Assembly (NCBI GenBank): GCA_964646785.1 | Contig: CAZYGU010000024.1 | Span: forward strand, 1-12,121 | Direction of reading: 5' to 3' | DNA length: 12,121 nucleotides | From: an uncultured Candidatus Saccharibacteria bacterium | Lineage (GTDB): Bacteria; Patescibacteriota; Minisyncoccia; Phycocordibacterales; Zambryskibacteraceae | Shown: positions 1 to 6,825 of the stretch, piece after piece | How positions within the stretch are numbered: the stretch's first letter is position 1 | Layout of the letters: each line of letters opens with the position of its first letter | The notes under the pieces: generated by a model | Database searches by the model: none | What the model was told of the DNA's origin: nothing | What the model saw: the letters and a program-made list of their open reading frames with translations, nothing else | Translations under genes and position numbers: made by a program

Positions 1-558
1 CTTATTACTTTTTTTATTCCCCAGCAAAATGAATGGAAAAGGGTTTTTGTCTCCGATCTCGGCATTTCATTTACATCACCAACAGAAATCAGTGAACCAA
101 GAATATATAGCGGAGAAACCGGAAAAGGAATTCGTTTTAATATGAAACTTCTATCTGGATCTAAAATATTTGTTAACGCAACTACAAAAGATTATTCTGA
201 CGGAAAAGATAGTTTCGGCGTCGGCACGGAAGGTTTTATTGAACAAGATGGTAAGTATTTAGCTATTTCACATGGAGTAGTGTCAGACAAATCTTCAAGC
301 GCGTTCGTACCAGACGAAATCCTTAGACTAAAAGACGGTACGCCTGTACTTATACAATATGGTAAAAATTACATTTCCAATGCGGATTATCCAGAAGCTT
401 CAATCAAAGCAATAGTAAACTTACCTGGACCAAACTTTACCGGTGTAGGTATTCTCCTTTATACCATTGATGAAGAAGGACCCCACCCTGCCTCCGCACG
501 TGACATAGCTGATTTTAAAAAGGTAATGTCATCAATTGAAATCACACCTCAAAATTAG
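1..558 (+). CDS. Hypothetical protein, probably 5'-truncated by the window edge (first in-frame ATG is at 142)
   Basis: Frame 1 is open from nt 1 to the stop at 556-558 and has no in-frame ATG before 142. The track ORF 142..558 has only a weak AAGGAA 13 nt upstream. Low GC. No recognisable family. Confidence 0.5.
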   Translation, partial: LITFFIPQQNEWKRVFVSDLGISFTSPTEISEPRIYSGETGKGIRFNMKLLSGSKIFVNATTKDYSDGKDSFGVGTEGFIEQDGKYLAISHGVVSDKSSSAFVPDEILRLKDGTPVLIQYGKNYISNADYPEASIKAIVNLPGPNFTGVGILLYTIDEEGPHPASARDIADFKKVMSSIEITPQN

Positions 559-594
559 TTCCAGTTTAGTACCCAGTCGTTAAGCCAAAACCTT

Positions 595-603
595 TGTTAT
601 ACT
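595..603 (+). promoter_or_regulatory. Extended -10 (TGtTATACT) ending 6 nt before the ATG at 610. The transcript is probably leaderless.
   Basis: TG at 595-596, TATACT at 598-603, ATG at 610-612. There is no SD sequence. Confidence 0.4.
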
Positions 604-609
604 CTACAT

Positions 610-1038
610 ATGACAACAATAAGCCCGTGGATTAATTTTAATGGTAACGCAGAAGAAGCGTTTACTTTTTATAAGTCAGTGTTTGGTGGTGAGTTTACAA
701 AAGTGCTTAGTTTAAAAGATCTCGCGAGTCCAGAATTCCCTGTTGATGAAAAGGATGAGAATAAAATCATGCAAATCATTTTGCCGATCAATGGTGAAAA
801 TGTATTGATTGGAAATGACGTGCCAGAATTTATGGGAAAAGTAAGTGAAAACGAAAACAGAAGTAAGATTTATGTAAACACGGATACCAAAGAAGAAGCT
901 GAGAAAATATTTACCGGACTTTCTGTAGGAGGACAAGTGGAGATGCCGTTCGGCGATAGCCCATGGGGTACGTACTTTGTTATGTTTAGAGACAAATACG
1001 GTATTGAGTGGACAATAGAATTCAACCCAAACAAATAG
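610..1038 (+). CDS. VOC-superfamily (glyoxalase/bleomycin-resistance fold) protein, PhnB/YjdN-like
   Basis: 142 aa. The N-terminal 'WINFNGNAEEAFTFYKSVFGG' and C-terminal 'PWGTYFVMFRDKYGIEWTI' motifs are typical of the PhnB-like VOC family. Confidence 0.85.
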   Translation: MTTISPWINFNGNAEEAFTFYKSVFGGEFTKVLSLKDLASPEFPVDEKDENKIMQIILPINGENVLIGNDVPEFMGKVSENENRSKIYVNTDTKEEAEKIFTGLSVGGQVEMPFGDSPWGTYFVMFRDKYGIEWTIEFNPNK

Positions 1039-1084
1039 AGTTGGAAATCCTTACCATCTTCCCAAACGATTAGCATCGTTAATT

Positions 1085-1093
1085 TGATAAAAT
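1085..1093 (+). promoter_or_regulatory. Extended -10 (TGaTAAAAT) ending 6 nt before the ATG at 1100. It sits inside the palindrome TTGATAAAATTATCAA (1084-1099).
   Basis: Same geometry as at 598-603 and 3278-3283. No SD sequence. Confidence 0.4.
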
Positions 1094-1099
1094 TATCAA

Positions 1100-1549
1100 A
1101 TGCAAAAACACAACTTTATTCTCTCAATCTTAAATGTGCTTGTTCTCTGCATCATAGTTGGTGCTGTTTCTATTTTCTTTGTATATAAGTCAGCTCTCAT
1201 TGGCTTCGTTTTAATTGGATTAAGTTTAGTGTGTCTCGCCTCTTTAACTCTATTTCGTATTAAAATTTCATCCACAAAACCTGATGTTATTTTTGGAATT
1301 ATTGATAACGGAATACTTGCTGTAATGGCAGTATACGGCGGAGAAATTGCTGGCGTTGCTGGTGCCATTGCAGGTGGAGTAGTTGGAAATGCAATCACAG
1401 ATGGTATCGCAGGAATATTTGAAGGCTACTGGGCAGAACATGCAAAAGATGACCACAGAACGATTCTTGGTTCAGCAGTTGGAAAAATGTCTGGATGTCT
1501 CCTTGGTGCAGGTATCGTACTCGCTGGTGCAAGCCTCATGAGTGTTTAA
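1100..1549 (+). CDS. Small integral membrane protein with glycine-zipper (GxxxG/AxxxG) repeats
   Basis: 149 aa. Two N-terminal hydrophobic helices, then 'GGEIAGVAGAIAGGVVGNAITDGIAGIFEG' and a C-terminal 'GCLLGAGIVLAGASLM' stretch. Low GC. Confidence 0.7.
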   Translation: MQKHNFILSILNVLVLCIIVGAVSIFFVYKSALIGFVLIGLSLVCLASLTLFRIKISSTKPDVIFGIIDNGILAVMAVYGGEIAGVAGAIAGGVVGNAITDGIAGIFEGYWAEHAKDDHRTILGSAVGKMSGCLLGAGIVLAGASLMSV

Positions 1550-1578
1550 ATGTTTCTCTATTCAACAAACTTACATGC

Positions 1579-1607
1579 TTGACGCACCTGTGACTTGGTG
1601 CTAATTT
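1579..1607 (+). promoter_or_regulatory. Sigma70-type promoter: TTGACG, 17-nt spacer, TGcTAATTT (extended -10)
   Basis: -35 at 1579-1584, TG at 1599-1600, -10 at 1602-1607. It marks the start of the first GC-rich segment. Confidence 0.5.
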
Positions 1608-1644
1608 TCACGCAGAAACACTCACCCTTTAGCGGAGTTCATCT

Positions 1645-1959
1645 ATGCTATATCCTGTTGGGTATCTGCAAAACACCGCCACGAATCGGTACCATCCAAT
1701 CTTTTTTCGCCCTGCACCTGCGCCGAGTGAACGAAGTTCGGACAGTATGCATCGATATCGATCCAGCGGTCACCATACCAATGGATTCGATACTCTTGAG
1801 CTAGCTCAAGAGTGGATCAAAACCTGGACAAGAACAAAACCCGACATGGAGGATACTGGACTCGTCTGGCTATGGAACGGAGAAGGTGTGCCTGCCCTAA
1901 TGGAGTGGTTCACCAAGAAAACCACAGTCGAGCATCGCGAAGCAGTTACAGCTGGATAA
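1645..1959 (+). CDS. Hypothetical W-rich 104-aa protein. Coding status is uncertain.
   Basis: GGAG at 1634-1637, 7 nt before the ATG. The C-terminal half shows a G-first codon bias. The N-terminal half is compositionally odd (R/S/H/P-rich). The ORF contains a 22-bp perfect palindrome. Alternative frames are also open in this GC-rich stretch. Confidence 0.4.
   Translation: MLYPVGYLQNTATNRYHPIFFRPAPAPSERSSDSMHRYRSSGHHTNGFDTLELAQEWIKTWTRTKPDMEDTGLVWLWNGEGVPALMEWFTKKTTVEHREAVTAG
1792..1813. repeat. 22-bp perfect palindrome ACTCTTGAGCTAGCTCAAGAGT
   Basis: Read directly from the sequence. It lies inside ORF 1645..1959. Confidence 0.9.
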
Positions 1960-1978
1960 ATCTTGCGTTACGAACACC

Positions 1979-2010
1979 TAGCCGATACTCACATGTATCG
2001 GCTATTTTTT
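1979..2010 (+). terminator. Rho-independent terminator: stem tagccgatac / gtatcggcta, loop tcacat, then TTTTTT
   Basis: 10-bp perfect stem followed by T6, 20 nt after the stop at 1959. Confidence 0.7.
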
Positions 2011-2049
2011 ACAATAAAAAATCACACCCAACTCCCTTCTCACCCATAC

Positions 2050-2078
2050 TTGACAAATGCTATTTATTCTTCTATGAT
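2050..2078 (+). promoter_or_regulatory. Sigma70-type promoter: TTGACA, 17-nt spacer, TATGAT
   Basis: Consensus -35 at 2050-2055 and -10 at 2073-2078. AGGAG RBS at 2111-2115, 7 nt before the ATG at 2123. Confidence 0.55.
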
Positions 2079-2122
2079 AAATTTCAGCAGTTCTTCTTCA
2101 ACACAAACACAGGAGCTCGATC

Positions 2123-2782
2123 ATGCGAGAGAGTGTCTACGAACGCTATGGTGAGGACACCATGACACGTGGTGCGTTTTACTTCATCATCGGCTCGGTA
2201 CTCACGTACGGGTTCGTGGCAACCTACATTGCTTCGACCATGTCTGCGAACTGGATTCCGAGCGGATGGGCTATTTTGCTCGTCGGTTTGGGACTACCGA
2301 TTCTTGGGATTCTCTTGAGTGCTTCGAGCGGAAACCCGTTTCTCTCGTTCGTGGGTTTCAACCTCGTCGTCATTCCATTCGGACTGATCCTAGGACCCGT
2401 GCTTCAGCTATACCACATCGGACAACCGGGTGTTGTCGCAAAGGCTGCGACACTCACTGCGTGCGTCACTGGTGTGATGGCACTGTCTGGCACAATGTTC
2501 CCGAACTTCTACAAGTCGATCGGAGGTGCCCTCTTTGGTGCTCTCACGGCACTCGTCATCGTCAGTGTGGCGTCAATATTCATTCCGGCTCTTGCTGGAT
2601 TCACTGTGATCCACTACATTGCCGCGACCATCTTTGCGCTCTACATCGGATACGACATGTGGCGCGCAAGTGAGACTCCCGCTACGCTCGACAACGCAAT
2701 CGATGTGAGCGTCAGTTTGTATCTCGACATTCTGAACCTCTTTCTCCGGATTCTTTCCATTCTTGGAGATGCTGACGACTAA
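2123..2782 (+). CDS. Bax inhibitor-1 / YccA family (TMBIM-like) 7-TM membrane protein
   Basis: 219 aa with about seven hydrophobic helices. The C-terminal 'SLYLDILNLFLRILSILG' is the hallmark of the BI-1/YccA family. GC about 55%. Confidence 0.85.
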   Translation: MRESVYERYGEDTMTRGAFYFIIGSVLTYGFVATYIASTMSANWIPSGWAILLVGLGLPILGILLSASSGNPFLSFVGFNLVVIPFGLILGPVLQLYHIGQPGVVAKAATLTACVTGVMALSGTMFPNFYKSIGGALFGALTALVIVSVASIFIPALAGFTVIHYIAATIFALYIGYDMWRASETPATLDNAIDVSVSLYLDILNLFLRILSILGDADD

Positions 2783-2797
2783 CACAAGGAGAAAACC

Positions 2798-3172
2798 GTG
2801 AGCTCTGAATTCAAACAGTTCCTCGATACACTCAAGCGTTTAGGAATTGCACATGAGATGAACTGGCTGCCAAGCAAAGAGGAATGGCAACAGATTATCC
2901 TCGATGCGGGATACAACATTACCGCACTCGCGTGCACAGTGATCAGCGTCGGTGATATGGATTTCCTGTTCTGCAACTCATCTGTCATTTGGACTGATGA
3001 TGAACAGCCAATCGGTCCTTCTGGCCTTCTTCTTCTGTCTCGAAAAAAGTCAGGAGAGATCATCCCGCGAGTTCGATACAACGCAAGGGATGGCAGACAA
3101 GTGCCAAGTCAGAATCTTGATGCCATCAAGGCTCAATATCATCTGCAGGCTGAGACCTTGATGACCACCTGA
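2798..3172 (+). CDS. Hypothetical 124-aa protein with a GTG start, co-transcribed with the BI-1-family gene
   Basis: AAGGAG at 2786-2791, 6 nt before GTG 2798. The start lies 13 nt after the upstream stop. No recognisable family. Confidence 0.55.
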   Translation: MSSEFKQFLDTLKRLGIAHEMNWLPSKEEWQQIILDAGYNITALACTVISVGDMDFLFCNSSVIWTDDEQPIGPSGLLLLSRKKSGEIIPRVRYNARDGRQVPSQNLDAIKAQYHLQAETLMTT

Positions 3173-3188
3173 TGCAGTTTGAGTTATG

Positions 3189-3224
3189 AACCGCCTAGTA
3201 ACGAAAGTGAACGGCGGTTTTTTG
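3189..3224 (+). terminator. Probable intrinsic terminator: stem aaccgcc / ggcggtt, 17-nt loop, then TTTTTTGTTTG
   Basis: The hairpin starts 17 nt after the stop. The large loop lowers confidence. Confidence 0.45.
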
Positions 3225-3274
3225 TTTGCTAAAAGTTTATACAAAATATTTATCAATACTCTGTAGCTGAATTT

Positions 3275-3283
3275 TGCTATAAT
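3275..3283 (+). promoter_or_regulatory. Extended -10 (TGcTATAAT) ending 6 nt before the ATG at 3290. The transcript is probably leaderless.
   Basis: Consensus TATAAT at 3278-3283. No SD sequence before the ATG. Confidence 0.45.
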
Positions 3284-3289
3284 CCAAAA

Positions 3290-3874
3290 ATGACAGATAC
3301 CACATGGAAGGAATATTTCGAAAATACGAAAAATAGTAATCCGAGACCCTTACTTACTAAAGCAGTTAAGTTAGTGCAAAAAAAGAACGAGGCACTTGAT
3401 CTTGGATCAGGAGCGTTTAATGACGTACACTTTTTATTATCTACTGGCTTTAATCATATCGTAGCAGTTGATAAAGTATCTGTTGCAAACGATCTATTAA
3501 AAAAACTATTACCAACACAAGTTTCTTATGTAATTTCTCGATTTGAAGATTTTGATTTTATCAAGCAAAACTATGATTTGATTAACGCACAGTATTCCCT
3601 TCCATTTATTAATAAACATAGTTTTACAGATGTGTATAAAAAAATAATACAATCACTTAAATCCGGAGGAGTTTTTACTGGCCAGTTTTTTGGTGATAGA
3701 GATGAGTGGAATACAGGAATTAGTAATATGACCTTTCATACCAAAAATGAAGCCTTAGCTCTACTTAAAGGATTGAATGTTATTGAATTTACTGAAGAAG
3801 AGAAAAATGGGAATACCGCAGCAGGAAAACTTAAGCATTGGCATGTTTTTCACTTTATTGCAGTAAAAGAATAA
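3290..3874 (+). CDS. Class I SAM-dependent methyltransferase, TehB-like
   Basis: 194 aa. Motif I 'ALDLGSGAFNDV', and overall length and order similar to tellurite methyltransferase TehB. Low GC (about 35%). Confidence 0.8.
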   Translation: MTDTTWKEYFENTKNSNPRPLLTKAVKLVQKKNEALDLGSGAFNDVHFLLSTGFNHIVAVDKVSVANDLLKKLLPTQVSYVISRFEDFDFIKQNYDLINAQYSLPFINKHSFTDVYKKIIQSLKSGGVFTGQFFGDRDEWNTGISNMTFHTKNEALALLKGLNVIEFTEEEKNGNTAAGKLKHWHVFHFIAVKE

Positions 3875-3889
3875 AACACAAAAGAAAAA

Positions 3890-3912
3890 GGGCGACGGAA
3901 ATTCCGTCGCCC
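3890..3912. terminator. Bidirectional intrinsic terminator: gggcgacgg-aaatt-ccgtcgccc, with T-tracts on both strands
   Basis: Perfect 9-bp GC stem. The minus strand is followed by TTTTTCTTTTGTGTTTT and the plus strand by TTGTACAATTTT. It sits between the convergent MTase and flotillin genes. Confidence 0.75.
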
Positions 3913-3953
3913 TTGTACAATTTTAAACTGGAGAAACACTACTGCGCCAATGA

Positions 3954-5783
3954 TTAGGCAGCGGGAGAAAGTTCAGACCGCTTCTCGGCCTGGTCGCGAA
4001 TAAGATTCGCGAGCAGAACGTTGACGAGTCCACCGCTCTGACTACCGTCACCACCGCCCGCCATGATGCTCGGGACGATAGGAACCTGACTCTTCGAGAG
4101 AGAGTCGGCAACCTGAATCAACGCGTAGTTGTTCGGGTTGATTGCTTCACCCTTCTTCTTGAGAACGTCGGCTTCGGCGTTACCAATAGCCTGGATCTTT
4201 CCGGCTTCGGCAGTACCAGTGAGCGTCGTCACCTCAGCATCAGCCTTGGCGTTGATTGTCTTCGACTGCGCGTCACCTTCCGCTGTCTTCACCATGGCGG
4301 AAGCGTTGAACTCGGCGATTTGCACGCTCCGTTCGGCATCCACGACTCGAGCTTGCGTATCCGCAAGTGCACGAGCTTGCTGAAGTTCCTTGCGGACCCC
4401 TTCAGCTTGCCGCTGAGTTTCGTACGTTACTTGCTCCTGCTCAGCGATTTTTCGGTCTGTCAGTGTCTTCATCAGCTGTTCTGGCGGAACGATATCACCG
4501 ATCAAGGTGTTCACCGCACCGACATTGTATTCACCGAGAGCATCCGCAATTGCCTTGCGTGCTTCGGTCTGACGTGCGACTCGATTCTTCAGGAAGTCGA
4601 TCACATCGGAACCCTGTGCCGCGTTTCGGAAATAGTTACCGATCGTCGGTTCGAGTACCTGCGTGACGAGATTCGCCACGCTGCCGAATCGTGCGATAAC
4701 CTTAGGGGCATCGACGCTCGGGATGTGAATGATCTGACTAACATCGAGGTTGTAGGTAAAGCCGTCCGATGAACGAACAGTGATGCTTGAGAGCCGCTCA
4801 TCGAGCTTGTGGGCTTCGCTCTTTTCGTTTGCCCAGTTGAGCACCACGTTTGCCGTCGGGACAACTTCGATCTTGTGAGTGTGCGTATTGATAGGGTACT
4901 TTCCCGGGTCAAGCGGAGTTGCCCAAACACCCTTATTGCCACTTTCCACCAGATTACCGTGCTTGAAATCTGCGCCAGAAATATCGTCACCGTTATTTCC
5001 TACGTAGGAAATAACGACGCCGACATGCGCGATAGGTACTTCGGTCAGACTGATGCGCTCCACCGTAGCGAAGAGCGGGTTGATAAAGTATCGACCCGCG
5101 AGCATCACCTGTTCCTGAAGACCCTTGTAACCTCCACCGTTGATGAACGCCTGGGCATCCTGGAACATGTTATGTCCAGAAATTTCCTTACCGGCAATTT
5201 CACCACCAACAAGTGGTAAGCCTTCCTTGGTGGTGACGATGCCAACCATCTTGTCGGCGATATCAGTCTGCTCAGCATCTCTGACATCGAAAAGCTGAGT
5301 ATTGATTCGATACGTACCTGGCGGAATAACTGCCAGCTGCGGACCACGCTCGCCACCGTTCGTGAGAAATGCTCGCGCGTTCTGAAATGAATCACACGCA
5401 ACGGAGGTACCGAGAACACGACCAGCAGCCATGGGAATACCGTCTCGTGAATCCACGACGCCGATCATTCCCTCCTTGATGGTCACGAAATCTTCCTGCT
5501 CGACACTATACTGCCAAGGCCACAAAAAGTAGTGGACACCGGGAGCTAGTGTATCGGCCTGAATACCAGCTTCGCCGTTCAATGCGACGATCTTACCGTC
5601 AGGCAAGGTCCGATTCGATCCGAAAATCACAAACTTCTTGTTGACGATACCGATCGAGTCATTCGGAATGATGACCACACCGAAGATGCGCAGAACGAGC
5701 TTGTAGCCACCGAGAAGCAAGATGATCAGAACGATCCACCAGTACGACTTCACGAGCCCAAAGAAAAAGTCCAGAACGTCCAT
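3954..5783 (-). CDS. Flotillin/SPFH (band-7) family membrane protein, YqiK/FloT-like
   Basis: 610 aa. N-terminal TM helix (WWIVLIILLLGGYKLVLRIFGVVII), an SPFH core, and a C-terminal Ala/Glu/Gln-rich coiled coil. The true start is the ATG at 5781-5783 with AAGGAG 8 nt upstream. The track start at 5873 is a TTG inside the -35 box. Confidence 0.9.
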   Translation of the reverse strand: MDVLDFFFGLVKSYWWIVLIILLLGGYKLVLRIFGVVIIPNDSIGIVNKKFVIFGSNRTLPDGKIVALNGEAGIQADTLAPGVHYFLWPWQYSVEQEDFVTIKEGMIGVVDSRDGIPMAAGRVLGTSVACDSFQNARAFLTNGGERGPQLAVIPPGTYRINTQLFDVRDAEQTDIADKMVGIVTTKEGLPLVGGEIAGKEISGHNMFQDAQAFINGGGYKGLQEQVMLAGRYFINPLFATVERISLTEVPIAHVGVVISYVGNNGDDISGADFKHGNLVESGNKGVWATPLDPGKYPINTHTHKIEVVPTANVVLNWANEKSEAHKLDERLSSITVRSSDGFTYNLDVSQIIHIPSVDAPKVIARFGSVANLVTQVLEPTIGNYFRNAAQGSDVIDFLKNRVARQTEARKAIADALGEYNVGAVNTLIGDIVPPEQLMKTLTDRKIAEQEQVTYETQRQAEGVRKELQQARALADTQARVVDAERSVQIAEFNASAMVKTAEGDAQSKTINAKADAEVTTLTGTAEAGKIQAIGNAEADVLKKKGEAINPNNYALIQVADSLSKSQVPIVPSIMAGGGDGSQSGGLVNVLLANLIRDQAEKRSELSPAA

Positions 5784-5844
5784 GAGGGTTACTCCTTTTG
5801 AATTGTGATGGTACAGGCCTGGATTTCTCCAGTTCCCGAGGATT

Positions 5845-5873
5845 TTATTAGCATTTATTTGACAAAAAGTCAA
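5845..5873 (-). promoter_or_regulatory. Sigma70-type promoter for the flotillin gene: TTGACT, 17-nt spacer, TGcTAATAA
   Basis: On the minus strand, the -35 is at 5873..5868 and the extended -10 at 5850..5845. The leader is about 55 nt. Confidence 0.5.
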
Positions 5874-5894
5874 TCATATATCATTTGTGTAACA

Positions 5895-5924
5895 TTGACA
5901 GATAGCCAAATGACGTGATATACA
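5895..5924 (+). promoter_or_regulatory. Sigma70-type promoter: TTGACA, 18-nt spacer, TGaTATACA
   Basis: -35 at 5895-5900 and extended -10 at 5916-5924. GAGGTG RBS at 5964-5969 before the ATG at 5975. Confidence 0.5.
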
Positions 5925-5974
5925 TTTTCGAGATTCCTTTGTCCCTGTTCCCTTCCCACACGTGAGGTGTCGAT

Positions 5975-6763
5975 ATGTTACAAAAGCTTATTCAGATCTT
6001 CTTTGGAACACCGAAGAAGAAGTCAAAGCCACCAAGAAAAGTCTACAGCGCCATTTCACCAACTAGTACCTCATCTGAAGCCAATCGAGAAACTTCATCA
6101 CCCATCGATCATCTGCGGCAGATGAGTGAAAAGCAACTCGAGCAAAGACGAAAGCAGGATGCTGAAGAGGCGGCTCATCGCGATGAACTACGTGAGCAAC
6201 TCAGATCGGCAGCAGATTTCAGTGCCTGCATCGAAATTTATCATGAAGCTTACGCAATGAGAGAGGATGAAGGTATTAGTACACTAGCACTCGAAAAAGC
6301 TCTCGCTCTTGCGACTACAGCTGAAGAGTTCCAAGTAGTATACGACTCAGCTGGCGACAGTGATCTTGAGAAGAAGGCAGCTGAAAAGCAGGAGCAAGTG
6401 TTTCTCGAGCGAATTGATCGAGCAACTACCACTTCAGAATGCATCGACATCGAAAACGAAGCAGACAATGACTTCAATTTGGAGATCGATGCTGATGCTG
6501 TGGTGAAAAAAGCTCTTTCACTCGCAACAAGCGCAAGTGATTGTCGTATCATTCTCGAGGATCGGGATTTTGATGATCCTGAGGACAACACTCTTCTTCG
6601 TGAGATCTACGAAAAAATGGTTTTGTTCTTTACCACAGTTGATGAATGTGAAGAACTGTGGGACGAAGAAGGAACAGACAGTATCGCAGGAACACTAGCA
6701 ATTGTTCGTGCGGCGGAAATCATTCGTTCCCAGTACATCACCGATCATCTCGCTCGCGCATAA
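5975..6763 (+). CDS. Hypothetical highly acidic protein with five internal repeats of about 35 aa
   Basis: 262 aa. Basic N-terminus (KKKSKPPRK), then a D/E-rich body. Repeats: ADFSACIEIYHE / TTAEEFQVVYD / TTSECIDIENE / TSASDCRIILED / TTVDECEELWDE. Divergent from the flotillin gene. Confidence 0.6.
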   Translation: MLQKLIQIFFGTPKKKSKPPRKVYSAISPTSTSSEANRETSSPIDHLRQMSEKQLEQRRKQDAEEAAHRDELREQLRSAADFSACIEIYHEAYAMREDEGISTLALEKALALATTAEEFQVVYDSAGDSDLEKKAAEKQEQVFLERIDRATTTSECIDIENEADNDFNLEIDADAVVKKALSLATSASDCRIILEDRDFDDPEDNTLLREIYEKMVLFFTTVDECEELWDEEGTDSIAGTLAIVRAAEIIRSQYITDHLARA

Positions 6764-6783
6764 CGAAGCAGATATATACAAAA

Positions 6784-6820
6784 GCCACCGTTCAGTACGA
6801 ACGATGGCTTTTTTCTTTTC
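6784..6820. terminator. Bidirectional intrinsic terminator: gccaccgttc-agtac-gaacgatggc, then TTTTTTCTTTTC
   Basis: 10-bp stem with one mismatch. Plus-strand T-tract; minus-strand TTTTGTAT. Lies between the convergent acidic-protein and ftsX genes. Confidence 0.75.
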
Positions 6821-6825
6821 TTGTA

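Noticed and set aside
1595-2165. Alternative plus-strand frames 1595-1804 and 1812-2165 in the first GC-rich unit
   Set aside because: 1595-1804 starts inside the -10 of the predicted promoter. 1812-2165 spans the terminator and the downstream promoter. They are kept only as a caveat on the coding status of 1645-1959.
2266-2785. ORFs 2266-2673 (plus) and 2573-2785 (minus) inside the BI-1-family gene
   Set aside because: They are out-of-frame or antisense shadows, Cys/Arg/His-rich and of low complexity. The BI-1 frame has a clear family signature.
4129-5419. Multiple plus- and minus-strand ORFs (84-150 aa) overlapping the flotillin gene
   Set aside because: They are alternative-frame or antisense ORFs, which are typical of GC-rich coding sequence. 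They show no RBS and no family similarity, and they are fully contained within a confidently assigned 610-aa SPFH gene.
5784-5873. ORF-track N-terminal extension of the flotillin gene (MTFCQINANKILGNWRNPGLYHHNSKGVTL...)
   Set aside because: The 'start' is a TTG that is the -35 box (TTGACT) of the flotillin promoter. The ATG at 5783 has a perfect AAGGAG RBS 8 nt upstream and begins with a typical TM helix.
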